The notes: generated by a model from the letters alone, not told the origin. A stretch of DNA of 32,000 nt from Thermodesulfobacterium commune DSM 2178 (GCF_000734015.1 NZ_CP008796.1:1260001-1292000), one strand, 5' to 3'; positions 7,489-16,972 are shown, counted from the first letter of the stretch. Translations and numbers: made by a program.

Positions 7489-8934
7489 CTCAAAAGGGTA
7501 GGTCGCTATACTCTGTCTGATTCTTTCAGCTATAACCAAAGCTTCTTCTTTAATAGTCCTAGGACAAAGGATTACAAACTCCTCTCCTCCCCATCGAGCT
7601 GGCAAATCGGTTTGCCTGATGTTTTCTTTTATCAAACGGGAAACCTCTTTTAACACATAATCTCCCCTATCATGCCCATAAGTATCGTTAATAACTTTAA
7701 AATTATCGAGGTCAAAAAGTATAACAGAAAAGGAGGTCTGATAACGATTATAACGGTTGATCTCCTTCTTAAGTTCATCTATAAACTTAAACCGGTTAAA
7801 AAGTTGGGTCAAAAAATCCCTTTCGGCAAACACCTTAAGTCGCTCGGTCAATTTTTCTAACTCAACTTTTCTCTTAAAAAGCTCGGTTGAAGCAAGTTTT
7901 TCTATCTCTTTAGCAATGACACCTATCTCATTTTTAGGATAGTTTCTAAACTCCTCGGGAATTTCAATCCCCTGAGAAATACTTAAAAGATTTTCTTTAA
8001 GAAGGTTAATCGGTGAGGTAATGTGCTTAGTCAGCCAATAACTTACAAACCACCCCAAACTAAAAGCAATAGAACCTATCATCATCACAGACATCCCTAT
8101 GATAACCAAAACAGGCATCAAAAGTTCGGCTTTGTCTACCACCGTTATAAGCACCCAATTCAAAATTTCCAATCTTTTGTAATAGGCTATCTTGGTTAAA
8201 CCATCTTGAACAAACTCTACCTTCCCTTCAGGATTAGACAGAAACTCTCTTAAAGGTAGATTTTCCATCTTTTTACCTAAAAGTTTCTCATCTGGATGGA
8301 TAAGAACCGTTCCATCCTTTTTAATCACAAAGCTATAGGCTGTCTCATAAATCCCTATTTTTTCTCTAAAAACCTTTAATAAATTTTCTAAAGAGGTATC
8401 TATGGCTACAACCCCTACAATCTTGTGGTTTTCATCAACCAGAGCCTTACCTAAGGCTACCAACCATTCTTTAGTCCCAAACTCTTGATATACCACTCCC
8501 TCGCTAATCTTAGAAGAATACCTTACAGCCTCTTTATACCAAGGCCTCTCAGTTGACTTGTATCCCTCAGGTGTATCATAGTTATATATCAAAAGAGAAT
8601 CATCTTCATACCCAGCATAGATATATTTAATGGTAGGGTCTATTTGATTAAAAGTATAAAAATGTTTTAATACCTCAATTTTATCTTTTTCAGAAAGTTT
8701 ATAAGCCTTAATCACCTTAGGATCTTTACTCAGGTATTCTATCATCACGATAAACTTAGAAAAAAAACCCTCTATGTAATTGGCTAACACATGTGTTCTT
8801 TGCTGAAGAAAAATATCTCCCTTAGAAAATTCGTACTTATAAAATACAGGACTGCTAAGGAGAACAAAAGTTAACATAATAAAAAAACTCAATCCCAAAC
8901 TAAAATAAAAAATTTGCCTCTGTAAGCCTTTCAT
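7481..8934 (-). pseudogene. 5' part (~485 codons) of a sensor diguanylate cyclase (TM, Cache-like periplasmic domain, TM, HAMP, coiled coil, GGDEF), interrupted by IS copy 2
   Basis: Two TM segments flank a ~240-aa extracytoplasmic region, followed by HAMP-like WLTKHITSPINLLKENL. The GGDEF domain carries DLDNFKVINDTYGHDRGD and RQTDLPARWGGEEF (RxxD I-site plus GGEEF). The last 25 codons of the track ORF 7402-8934 (TLVKRIVSPYK...) are read from IS DNA. Confidence 0.85.
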
Positions 8935-9032
8935 AAAATCCTCTATTTATAATATCGGATTTTTGTGAAGTAATATTAAACAAGAACTGATTAGCTTTTG
9001 AAATAACACTTAATTCAAACAAAAATCCTCAA

Positions 9033-10052
9033 CTAATTACAACCTTTTTCGATAAGACAGGCCTCTCCTTTACCCTCTTTATCTCCCACTTTGGGAGGTA
9101 AGAAAGGTAAAGAAGAAGGCTTTTGAAGAGATGTGGCGTTTTCTGTAGAGGATTTTTCTGTAGAAACCTTTTCTGTAGAGACTACTTTTTCCTTTGTAAC
9201 AGGCTCTTTTTTATCTTGAGGTTTTTCTGTAGAGGCATTAACGGTGAAATCTTTTTCCTTCAAGTTTTTAGAAAATTCTCTCCCCTGAGAGAGCTCCAAC
9301 ATCGGATAATTTTCTTTTAGCCAGTTGAGGATGGTATTTTTACCTACCAAAACCAAAAGGGAGTTATCTTCTCTATAAAGAAGGGTAGGGACTTCTCGAA
9401 TTCCTGCTATCCTCATCAAGGCATAAACCTTAGATACCTCATAAAACCTTACAGGTATTTTGTTATTAATAACATACTCTTCAACCACCTTACAGTTAGG
9501 ACAATTTTGTTGATAGACCACCACAGGATAATCTAAGAAGATGGGCTTAAGGCTTATATTAACCAAAAAAACTGCTGTAAAAAGAGCTAAAAACCCTGAA
9601 AAACCTAAGAACCCCCAGCTAAATGCTTTCTGAGAAAATACGTCTAACACAAAGGCTAAAAAAATGGTCAAGGCTACCACCAAACAAAACTGACAATATT
9701 CCTGAAGAAAAAAAGCCTGAAAACCGATGAAATACCCTTCCACAACCAAACAAAGACCTAAGATAAAGAGTCTTAACCTTTTTAGGGCATAAGATTTTAT
9801 CTTTAAATCAAGAAGGGTTAACCCTAACACCACAGCAAACACCAAAACCCCTAAGTAGTTGAGAATCCCTAATCTATCGAAAAGATGTATCATTAAACAG
9901 GCGTCCGTTTTACATAAAGAACTGTTTTTAAATTGCAGATAAACTTCATATAAATTAAGAACAAAACCAAAAAAAACTACAACTAGCAAAAGATATTGGT
10001 TAAAAAAAGTAGACTGAGAGTAACCTTTTCTTTCTTCTATGATCAGCCTCAT
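9033..10052 (-). CDS. Putative VKOR-family membrane oxidoreductase fused to a thioredoxin-like domain, with a low-complexity Ser/Thr/Glu/Lys tail
   Basis: About five predicted TM helices, a loop cysteine pair (CKTDAC) and a membrane-embedded CQFC. These are followed by a soluble domain with NCPNCK (CxxC) and EVPTLLY (cis-Pro-like). The tail is STEKPQDKKEP..STEKVSTEKSSTENATS...ACLIEKGCN. Confidence 0.55.
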   Translation of the reverse strand: MRLIIEERKGYSQSTFFNQYLLLVVVFFGFVLNLYEVYLQFKNSSLCKTDACLMIHLFDRLGILNYLGVLVFAVVLGLTLLDLKIKSYALKRLRLFILGLCLVVEGYFIGFQAFFLQEYCQFCLVVALTIFLAFVLDVFSQKAFSWGFLGFSGFLALFTAVFLVNISLKPIFLDYPVVVYQQNCPNCKVVEEYVINNKIPVRFYEVSKVYALMRIAGIREVPTLLYREDNSLLVLVGKNTILNWLKENYPMLELSQGREFSKNLKEKDFTVNASTEKPQDKKEPVTKEKVVSTEKVSTEKSSTENATSLQKPSSLPFLPPKVGDKEGKGEACLIEKGCN

Positions 10053-10055
10053 TCT

Positions 10056-11366
10056 TTAGCCTTCCCCTCCCCTGATTTTAAGGAGTTTGAAGGCATGTTC
10101 AAAGACCTTTATAGCACAGTAGGGGCCACACATCGTACAAGCTTGACTTTTAGAAACCCCTCCTTCGAGCCTATACCGCCTTGCCTTTTCCTGGTCTATA
10201 GAAAGGGAAATCTGTTTTTCCCAGTCAAGCTCAGCCCTGGCCTTAGCCATAGCCAAATCCCATTCCCATGCACCTTTTATTCCCTTAGCCAGGTCTGCTA
10301 CATGAGCAGCGATTTTTGAGGCTATCAAACCTTCTTTTACATCCTCTAACGTAGGAAGCCTTAGATGTTCTGCAGGGGTAAGATAACAAAGAAAGTCAGC
10401 CCCATAATAAGCAGCCAGTGCCCCTCCTATAGCTCCTACCAAATGGTCATAACCTGGGGCTATGTCTGTGGGAAGAGGGCCAAGCACATAGAAAGGAGCA
10501 CCATGACAAAGCCTTTTTTGTAGTTTTATGTTGGTCTCTATCTGGTCTAAAGGTACATGTCCAGGACCTTCTATCATTACCTGAACACCCTTTTCCCAGG
10601 CCCTTAGAGTTAACTCTCCCAAAATCATCAACTCATGGATTTGAGCTCCATCTGTAGCGTCTGCAATACAACCAGGTCTTAACCCGTCTCCTAAAGACAG
10701 GGTAATGTCATATTCAAAGGCTATTTCAAGAAGTTTATCAAAATGCTCATAAAAGGGATTCTCCTTTTGGTTGTAAACCATCCATTCTACTAAAAAAGAG
10801 CCTCCTCTGGATACCACTCCAAGCACCCTAGGCTTAATTTTTAACCTCTCTATACCCGCCTTGGTAAGACCACAATGAATGGTCATAAAATCTACACCAT
10901 CTTCTGCCTGTTTTTCTATCACCTTAAACATCTCATCAACCGTCATCTCAACAATCGACTTATGATGCTTTTCTACCGCTTCTATCGCCGCCTGATAGAT
11001 AGGAACTGTACCTAAAGGAATAGGACAATTAGCTCTGATAACCTTTCTTATCTCGTCTAAATCTCCTCCTGTAGAAAGGTCCATCACAGTATCCGCACCA
11101 TACTTTAAAGCTATCTCAAGTTTTTTTAACTCTTCTTCTACATAAGGCCTATCCTTAGAAGTACCGATGTTTACGTTTACCTTAGTTCTAAGTCCTTTAC
11201 CTATAGCACAGGGTCTTTCTATCTTAGACTTTTTATTTTTACACACAACTATCTCACCCCTAAGAATACCTTCTTTGAGAAATTCTTCACTAACCCCTTC
11301 CACCTGTGCACAAATTTTAACTTCTTTCGGAATTATACCTTTACTAATCAAGGTTTTAATCGTCAT
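10056..11366 (-). CDS. thiC: Phosphomethylpyrimidine synthase (radical-SAM, short form)
   Basis: 436 aa with blocks TKVNVNIGTS, MDLSTGG, IEGPGHVP and PFYVLGPLPTDIAPGYDH, plus a C-terminal CTMCGPYC cluster motif. AAGGAGG lies upstream. Confidence 0.95.
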   Translation of the reverse strand: MTIKTLISKGIIPKEVKICAQVEGVSEEFLKEGILRGEIVVCKNKKSKIERPCAIGKGLRTKVNVNIGTSKDRPYVEEELKKLEIALKYGADTVMDLSTGGDLDEIRKVIRANCPIPLGTVPIYQAAIEAVEKHHKSIVEMTVDEMFKVIEKQAEDGVDFMTIHCGLTKAGIERLKIKPRVLGVVSRGGSFLVEWMVYNQKENPFYEHFDKLLEIAFEYDITLSLGDGLRPGCIADATDGAQIHELMILGELTLRAWEKGVQVMIEGPGHVPLDQIETNIKLQKRLCHGAPFYVLGPLPTDIAPGYDHLVGAIGGALAAYYGADFLCYLTPAEHLRLPTLEDVKEGLIASKIAAHVADLAKGIKGAWEWDLAMAKARAELDWEKQISLSIDQEKARRYRLEGGVSKSQACTMCGPYCAIKVFEHAFKLLKIRGGEG

Positions 11367-11458
11367 AACTTTAAAAGGCCTCCTTGTTTTTTACAGAAAT
11401 TTTAACATAAAATCTTTTTTGATGACAAAATAAAAGAAAATTTTCACAAATCCAGAAA

Positions 11459-12022
11459 CTATTCATAGACTTCTAACACGATCTTATCTTTTCCATGAGT
11501 CTCAAGAAGGTATACAGACACATATTCGTTATACTGGATGTTTTTTATGGTAAGGGCTTTGTAAGTTGGCTCTATAGGGAATTCTCTACCTCCGCGGTCT
11601 ACCAAAACAGCAAGTTCTATTTTCTTTGGTCTACCTATGTCTATCAACGCATCCATCGCCGCTCTGATGGTTCTTCCGGTATAGATCACATCATCTACCA
11701 GGATAACGATCTTATCTTCAATTGAAAAAGGGATCTCTGTCTTTTTTACCTTAGGATAGTTGGTAATCCTGGTCCAATCGTCTCGGTAAAGGGTTATATC
11801 TAAATAACCTACAGGAAGTTCTATGTTGGTCTTTTCTAAGATAATATTTTTCAACCTGTTTGCTAAAGGGGCTCCCCCTGTCTGAATACCGATAAGAACT
11901 ACTTTTTCTAAATAAGGTTGCTTTTTTATGATTTGGTCAGCAAGCTTTTCGACAAGTTTTTGAATTTTCTTAGGCCCTGCTATTACTTTTTTAATTTTTT
12001 GAGATAAAATGGCAGTATTCAT
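11459..12022 (-). CDS. pyrR: Bifunctional pyrimidine regulatory protein / uracil phosphoribosyltransferase
   Basis: 187 aa with LIGIQTGGAPLANRL, LDITLYRDD, the PRPP loop VILVDDVIYTGRTIRAAMDAL and LAVLVDRGGRE. Confidence 0.9.
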   Translation of the reverse strand: MNTAILSQKIKKVIAGPKKIQKLVEKLADQIIKKQPYLEKVVLIGIQTGGAPLANRLKNIILEKTNIELPVGYLDITLYRDDWTRITNYPKVKKTEIPFSIEDKIVILVDDVIYTGRTIRAAMDALIDIGRPKKIELAVLVDRGGREFPIEPTYKALTIKNIQYNEYVSVYLLETHGKDKIVLEVYE

Positions 12023-12067
12023 AAGATTTAAAATAACTCTTATTATCTATTTTGCAAGAGGTAAGAG

Positions 12068-12469
12068 ATGGTAAGCGAAATAACCTATAGGGTAATCTAT
12101 GGGGACACAGACAGTGGAAAGGTTATGTATTATGGCAACTATCTAAGGGTGATGGAAATAGCAAGAACAGAGTTTATCAGAAATAACGCAGGTATTAGTT
12201 ATAAAGAGATAGAAGAAAAATACAAACTTTTACTTCCTGTAGTAGAAGTATATGTTAGGTATAAACATCCTGCTTTTTATGACGACCTTTTGGTGGTGGC
12301 AACCAAGATCAAAGAGCTAAAACCACACAAAATTATCTTTGAATACACCTTTAAAAGGCAAAACCTATTAGTAGCTGAAGGTTATACAGTTCATGTTCCC
12401 ATCAACCATCAGGGTAAGCTTATAAAATTTCCAGAAGAGCTTTTCAACCTGCTTAAAAATTTAGTATAA
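12068..12469 (+). CDS. YbgC/4HBT-type acyl-CoA thioesterase (hotdog fold)
   Basis: 133 aa. The N-terminus YRVIYGDTDSGKVMYYGNYLRVMEIARTEFIR has the catalytic Asp context of the 4HBT/YbgC family. Confidence 0.75.
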   Translation: MVSEITYRVIYGDTDSGKVMYYGNYLRVMEIARTEFIRNNAGISYKEIEEKYKLLLPVVEVYVRYKHPAFYDDLLVVATKIKELKPHKIIFEYTFKRQNLLVAEGYTVHVPINHQGKLIKFPEELFNLLKNLV

Positions 12470-12498
12470 AAAACTGTAAAGAGGGGGCAAGGTTTCAG

Positions 12499-13608
12499 AT
12501 GAAGATGAACATAGGTATAGTGGGATTGCCTAACGTAGGGAAGTCTACCATTTTTAATGCCTTGGCTCAAACAGCAAAAGCTGAGGTTGCTAACTATCCT
12601 TTTTGCACCATAGACCCTAACGTGGGGATAGTTAATGTGCCTGACCCAAGGCTATATGAGATAGCTCGGTTAGAAAAAAGCAAAAAAATCACCCCTGCTA
12701 CCATAGAGTTTGTAGATATAGCAGGGCTGGTAAAAGGAGCCTCAAAAGGGGAAGGACTTGGCAACCAGTTTTTATCTCATATAAGGCAAGTTTCGGCTAT
12801 AGCTCATGTGGTCAGATGTTTCGAAGACCCTGACATCGTACATGTAGAAGGTTCTATAGACCCTGTAAGAGACGCAGAAATCATAGAGTTAGAGCTTATC
12901 CTTGCAGACTTACAAACCATAGAAAGACGGTTAGAAAAAACTGCGAAGCTTGCTAAAAATGATCCAAAAGCTAAGGCTGAGCTTGAAACCTTAGAAAAGG
13001 CTAAAACTCTGTTAGAAAACTTTAAAACTCTAAGGCCTAACCTAAACCTTTTTTCTCCGGAAGAAAAAACCTTTTTAGAAAAGGTACTCTGTCTTTTAAC
13101 GGTTAAACCTTTGATGTACATCGCTAATATCTCAGAAGATTTTCTCCCAGAAGGCAAAGGAAACCCTTATGTAGCGCAACTAAGAGAAAAAGCCCAAAAA
13201 GAAGGAACTCCCCTAATGGTCATCTGTGGGAAGATAGAACAAGAGCTCGTCGAACTTACCGAAGAAGAAAAAAAAGAATTTTTAGAGGCCTTAGGTCTAA
13301 ACGAACCAGGGCTTCACAAACTAATAAGAGCAGGTTATAAACTTTTAAACCTTATCACCTTTTTTACCGCAGGACCTAAGGAAGCCAGAGCCTGGACCAT
13401 AGCCAAGGGGACTAAAGCTAAAGAAGCTGCCGGAGAAATTCACTCTGACATAGAAAGAGGTTTTATCGCGGCTGAAGTCATTAACTATACAAAATATATA
13501 GAAATAGGGTCTTTCCAGAAAGCCAAAGAGTTAGGAGCTGTTAAACTCGAAGGAAAAGATTATGTCATAGAAGACGGAGACATCATATATTTTCGTTTTA
13601 ATGTTTAA
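12499..13608 (+). CDS. ychF: Ribosome-binding ATPase YchF (Obg-like)
   Basis: GIVGLPNVGKSTIFNAL (G1), FCTIDPN, DIAGLVKGASKGEGLGNQFL (G3), a coiled-coil insert and a C-terminal TGS-like domain (YVIEDGDIIYFRFNV). Confidence 0.95.
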   Translation: MKMNIGIVGLPNVGKSTIFNALAQTAKAEVANYPFCTIDPNVGIVNVPDPRLYEIARLEKSKKITPATIEFVDIAGLVKGASKGEGLGNQFLSHIRQVSAIAHVVRCFEDPDIVHVEGSIDPVRDAEIIELELILADLQTIERRLEKTAKLAKNDPKAKAELETLEKAKTLLENFKTLRPNLNLFSPEEKTFLEKVLCLLTVKPLMYIANISEDFLPEGKGNPYVAQLREKAQKEGTPLMVICGKIEQELVELTEEEKKEFLEALGLNEPGLHKLIRAGYKLLNLITFFTAGPKEARAWTIAKGTKAKEAAGEIHSDIERGFIAAEVINYTKYIEIGSFQKAKELGAVKLEGKDYVIEDGDIIYFRFNV

Positions 13609-13687
13609 TTTTATATTATTTTATTTTTAACTTGATTTTTTATTGTCTTGTGATTATTTTGTAAAAAAAAAATGTGATTATCATGTG

Positions 13688-15637
13688 ATGTTAACAGAAC
13701 TTTTTGAAAGGTTTACTCCTGATGAATGGATAGTTTCTAATCAAAAAGGAGGGTATGCGTTAGGTTCTGCCTTTTTAGCTAATCTGAGAAAGTATCATGG
13801 ACTTCTGATCGCAGGTTATGAAAAAGGGAAAAGAATTCATCTGGTTAGTTCAGCTGAAGAACAGGTCTTTTTCCCTTCTGGATTAAGTTATTTTCTTGAT
13901 ACCAACTTTTATCGAGACACCCTTTTTCCAGAGGGATTCAAGCTAATAAAAGCTTTTTTCTTTAGACCTTTTCCTCAATTTTATTTTTTCTGTCCAGAAA
14001 GTAGGGATTTTTTCTTGAAAAAAGAAATCAAAATGCATCCTCTTAAAAACCTGGTAGTTATCTCTTATGAAAACATAAGCTCCTATCCTTTTCGAATAAT
14101 AATAAGACCTAAGTTTAGTTTTAGAGACCATCACAGGGTTACCAACAAAACTGAATGGGAAAAGGAATTTGTAGAGGTCGAGGTAGAAGATAAAACAGGG
14201 ATGGTAGTAAAAGGATCCTTCTCTATTTTTGTCTATCTTTCTAACGGTAGCTTAACCAGAGAAGAGCTATTTTATCATCAGGTGTTTTATCCTATAGAAG
14301 AAATAAGAGGATATGAGGCTACTGAAGACCTTTATGCCCCCTTTAAAATAGAAGTAGAACTAAAAACCAAGGACTGTTTTAAAATCCTTTTTTCTGATGA
14401 GCCTATAAAAGACTTAGAGAAGGTTTTGACAGAGGTTGAAAGAAGATACGAAGGACTACCTGTCCTCATCCCTAACAAAAAAGAGTCTTTTTCGCGAAAC
14501 GAATACCTAAGGATTTTAAAAAAAATGGTGGAAGATTTTCTGCTTGAAGATGACATAATAGCAGGATTCCCCTGGTTTTATTGCTGGGGAAGGGACACCT
14601 TCATAGGTCTTCCTGCGGTTTTTTATTTAGACGGAGGTAAAGAGAAGGCTTTAAAGATTTTTAAAAACTATGCCAAAAGAATGGTTAACGGGCTTATACC
14701 AAACGTGATAGGAGACGAACAGGAAACCAACTATAATTCTGTGGATGCCTCTCTGTGGTTTGGTCTGAGGATTTTTCAGTTTTTGGAAACCTTTCCTGAA
14801 GTTCTGAACTCCTTGGAAGGAGAAATATTACTCTTAGCTGTAAAGGAAGTGATTAAAAACTTCTGCACCAACCCAGATCTCCCATTTTTACTGGACCATA
14901 AGGATGGATTTATCGAAATTTTTCCTCAAACCAACAAAGCCTTAACCTGGATGGATGTGGTCTTAGATGGAGTACCTGTAACCCCTCGGTATGGGAAACC
15001 CATAGAAATACAGGGTTTGTGGTATAACCTTTTAAAGTTTGCAGAAAAACATTTAGAAAAGTCTTTTTTAGAAAATTTTAGGGTCTCAGAACTGATCAGT
15101 TTACAGGAAAAAAACTTTATCAGATTTTTTGATGGTAACGCCTGGGCAGACAGGTTGTTTAACGATGAACCTGTTTTTGAAATCAGGCCTAACTATATTA
15201 TCGCCCTTTCTTTGCCTTTTGACATCACAGACAAGCCATCTCTTCTTAAAGGAGTTGAACTGGCTAAACAAGAATTAGTTACTCCTTTTGGGTTAAGGAG
15301 TCTCTCACCCAAAGATCCCTCGTTTAGGAGAAAATACTTTGGAACTCAAAGGATGAGAGACCTTGCCTACCATAATGGGACAGTCTGGGTGTGGCTCATC
15401 TATCCTTATGCTGAAGTATTAAAAAAGGCTTATAAAGAAGACAAAGAAGGGCTTAAAAGGGAGCTTGAAGGATTGGTGAGAGTTTTTAGAGAAGGAATAT
15501 GTAGAGGTAAAATGGGAAGTATTCCTGAGTTGTATGACGGCGAAAATCCTAAACATCCTAAAGGTGCCCATGCTCAATTTTGGTCTGTAGCAGCTGTTTT
15601 TTTGGTAGAACAGATGATAGAGGGGCTTAAAGTTTAG
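13688..15637 (+). CDS. Glycogen debranching enzyme, archaeal type (amylo-alpha-1,6-glucosidase family)
   Basis: GFPWFYCWGRDTFIGLP, SVDASLWF and YHNGTVWVWL are typical of the GDE (alpha/alpha)6 catalytic domain. The start is uncertain. I chose ATG 13688 (MLTELFERF...), which has no SD but an extended -10-like TGtGATTAT ending 6 nt upstream. The track's TTG 13643 adds 15 implausible codons. Confidence 0.78.
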   Translation: MLTELFERFTPDEWIVSNQKGGYALGSAFLANLRKYHGLLIAGYEKGKRIHLVSSAEEQVFFPSGLSYFLDTNFYRDTLFPEGFKLIKAFFFRPFPQFYFFCPESRDFFLKKEIKMHPLKNLVVISYENISSYPFRIIIRPKFSFRDHHRVTNKTEWEKEFVEVEVEDKTGMVVKGSFSIFVYLSNGSLTREELFYHQVFYPIEEIRGYEATEDLYAPFKIEVELKTKDCFKILFSDEPIKDLEKVLTEVERRYEGLPVLIPNKKESFSRNEYLRILKKMVEDFLLEDDIIAGFPWFYCWGRDTFIGLPAVFYLDGGKEKALKIFKNYAKRMVNGLIPNVIGDEQETNYNSVDASLWFGLRIFQFLETFPEVLNSLEGEILLLAVKEVIKNFCTNPDLPFLLDHKDGFIEIFPQTNKALTWMDVVLDGVPVTPRYGKPIEIQGLWYNLLKFAEKHLEKSFLENFRVSELISLQEKNFIRFFDGNAWADRLFNDEPVFEIRPNYIIALSLPFDITDKPSLLKGVELAKQELVTPFGLRSLSPKDPSFRRKYFGTQRMRDLAYHNGTVWVWLIYPYAEVLKKAYKEDKEGLKRELEGLVRVFREGICRGKMGSIPELYDGENPKHPKGAHAQFWSVAAVFLVEQMIEGLKV

Positions 15638-15668
15638 CTTTAAAAAACTTTAAGAAGGAGCCTGAACA

Positions 15669-16970
15669 ATGAAAGTTTTGATGTTAACCTGGGAATATCC
15701 TCCGTTTATAGTAGGTGGGCTTGGAATGGCCTGTTACGGGCTTTTTAAAGCTTTAGCTGAAAAGGGAGTAAAAATCTATATGATTCTCCCTACCAAAGAA
15801 AAAGTGTTTTTTGAAATCTCTTCTGGGTGGGAGGCAGACTTTCCAGTAGCTAAGAGCCCTCACCAAAGGCAACTAAAGCCTTTACCTTTAAAGTTTTATC
15901 AAATAGGTTATTTAGCCCCCGAAGGGGCTTACTTAGACACCTTAAGACTGTTTTCTTATCAACCTGAAAACACCATAAACTTTTTGGAAGAAAAAAAGCC
16001 GTTAACTCCGATTTCTGAGAAAGTTTTAAAAAGGATAGAAAATCTACTTAATAAGGAGAATCACACCTTATCCCGGGTTCAAAGATACCTGCAAAATGTT
16101 TTAGAGGTTGCCAAACATTTAGAGGTTGACTTGATCCATGCTCATGATTGGATGACCTACCCTGCAGGACTCTTTCTTAAACACCTTCTCCAAAAACCTC
16201 TGGTTGCTCATGTGCATGCTACAGAGTTTGACAGAGCGATCGGATACGGACATCCTGTAGTCCATGAGATAGAATACCTGGGATTAAATTTAGCAGACCG
16301 AGTAATCGCTGTTTCTAACTACACCGCTCAGGTGATAAAAGAACATTACAAAGTACCTGAAGAAAAGATCCGGGTGTTATACAATGCTTTTACCGTTTAT
16401 ACCAAAGAACCCAAAAAGACAAAAAAATTTAAATGTCCTGTGATTTTATTTTTAGGAAGATTAACCCCTCAGAAGGGTCCCAAGATTTTTTTAGAAATAG
16501 CAAAAAAAATCCTTAGGCAATATCCTAAGAAAGTAAGGTTTTTGATCGCTGGTGCAGGAGAAATGGAAAGAGAACTTATGTTTGAAGCCGCAAGCGAAGG
16601 TTTTGGCACCCAGGTTTTGTTTACCGGTTTTCTTACCAGACAAGAAGTAGAAGAAGCCTTAAGTTTAGCAGACATAGTGGTTATGCCCTCGGTTTCTGAG
16701 CCCTTTGGGATCGTAGCCTTAGAAGCCATGTATTTTGGCTGTGCCCTTATCATTTCCAAACAATCAGGGGCTTCAGAAATCTTAGAAAACGCTTATAAAG
16801 TTGATTTTTGGGATGTTGACAAAATCGTAAACATCATCGTAGACCTCTTAAAACATCCAGAAAAACTAAAAAACCTTCAACAAAAAGTTAAAGAAGAAGT
16901 TAAAAAGATTTCCTGGGATATAAGAGCCGAAGAACTGATAAAAATCTATAACGAACTTTTGATAAACTAA
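15669..16970 (+). CDS. GT-B retaining glycosyltransferase, glycogen/alpha-glucan synthase-like
   Basis: N-terminus KVLMLTWEYPPFIVGGLGMACYGL, plus a C-terminal E-x7-E region PSVSEPFGIVALEAMYFG. AAGGAG RBS is present. The gene sits inside an alpha-glucan gene cluster. Confidence 0.7.
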   Translation: MKVLMLTWEYPPFIVGGLGMACYGLFKALAEKGVKIYMILPTKEKVFFEISSGWEADFPVAKSPHQRQLKPLPLKFYQIGYLAPEGAYLDTLRLFSYQPENTINFLEEKKPLTPISEKVLKRIENLLNKENHTLSRVQRYLQNVLEVAKHLEVDLIHAHDWMTYPAGLFLKHLLQKPLVAHVHATEFDRAIGYGHPVVHEIEYLGLNLADRVIAVSNYTAQVIKEHYKVPEEKIRVLYNAFTVYTKEPKKTKKFKCPVILFLGRLTPQKGPKIFLEIAKKILRQYPKKVRFLIAGAGEMERELMFEAASEGFGTQVLFTGFLTRQEVEEALSLADIVVMPSVSEPFGIVALEAMYFGCALIISKQSGASEILENAYKVDFWDVDKIVNIIVDLLKHPEKLKNLQQKVKEEVKKISWDIRAEELIKIYNELLIN

Positions 16971-16972
16971 GT

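Noticed and set aside
9131-9240. About four copies of TTTTCTGTAGA that might look like a short repeat array
   Set aside because: The spacing is irregular and the repeats lie inside an ORF, where they encode the STEK low-complexity tail. There is no CRISPR-like repeat-spacer architecture anywhere in the window.
13643-13687. Track-proposed N-terminal extensions: the TTG start of the debranching enzyme here, the TTG start of rpsA at 4605, the GTG start at 2022 and the ATG at 25510 for the lipoprotein
   Set aside because: The extensions lack RBSs, overlap upstream genes or RBSs, or add residues ahead of a clear signal peptide or conserved N-terminus. Downstream ATGs fit better, so coordinates were adjusted accordingly.
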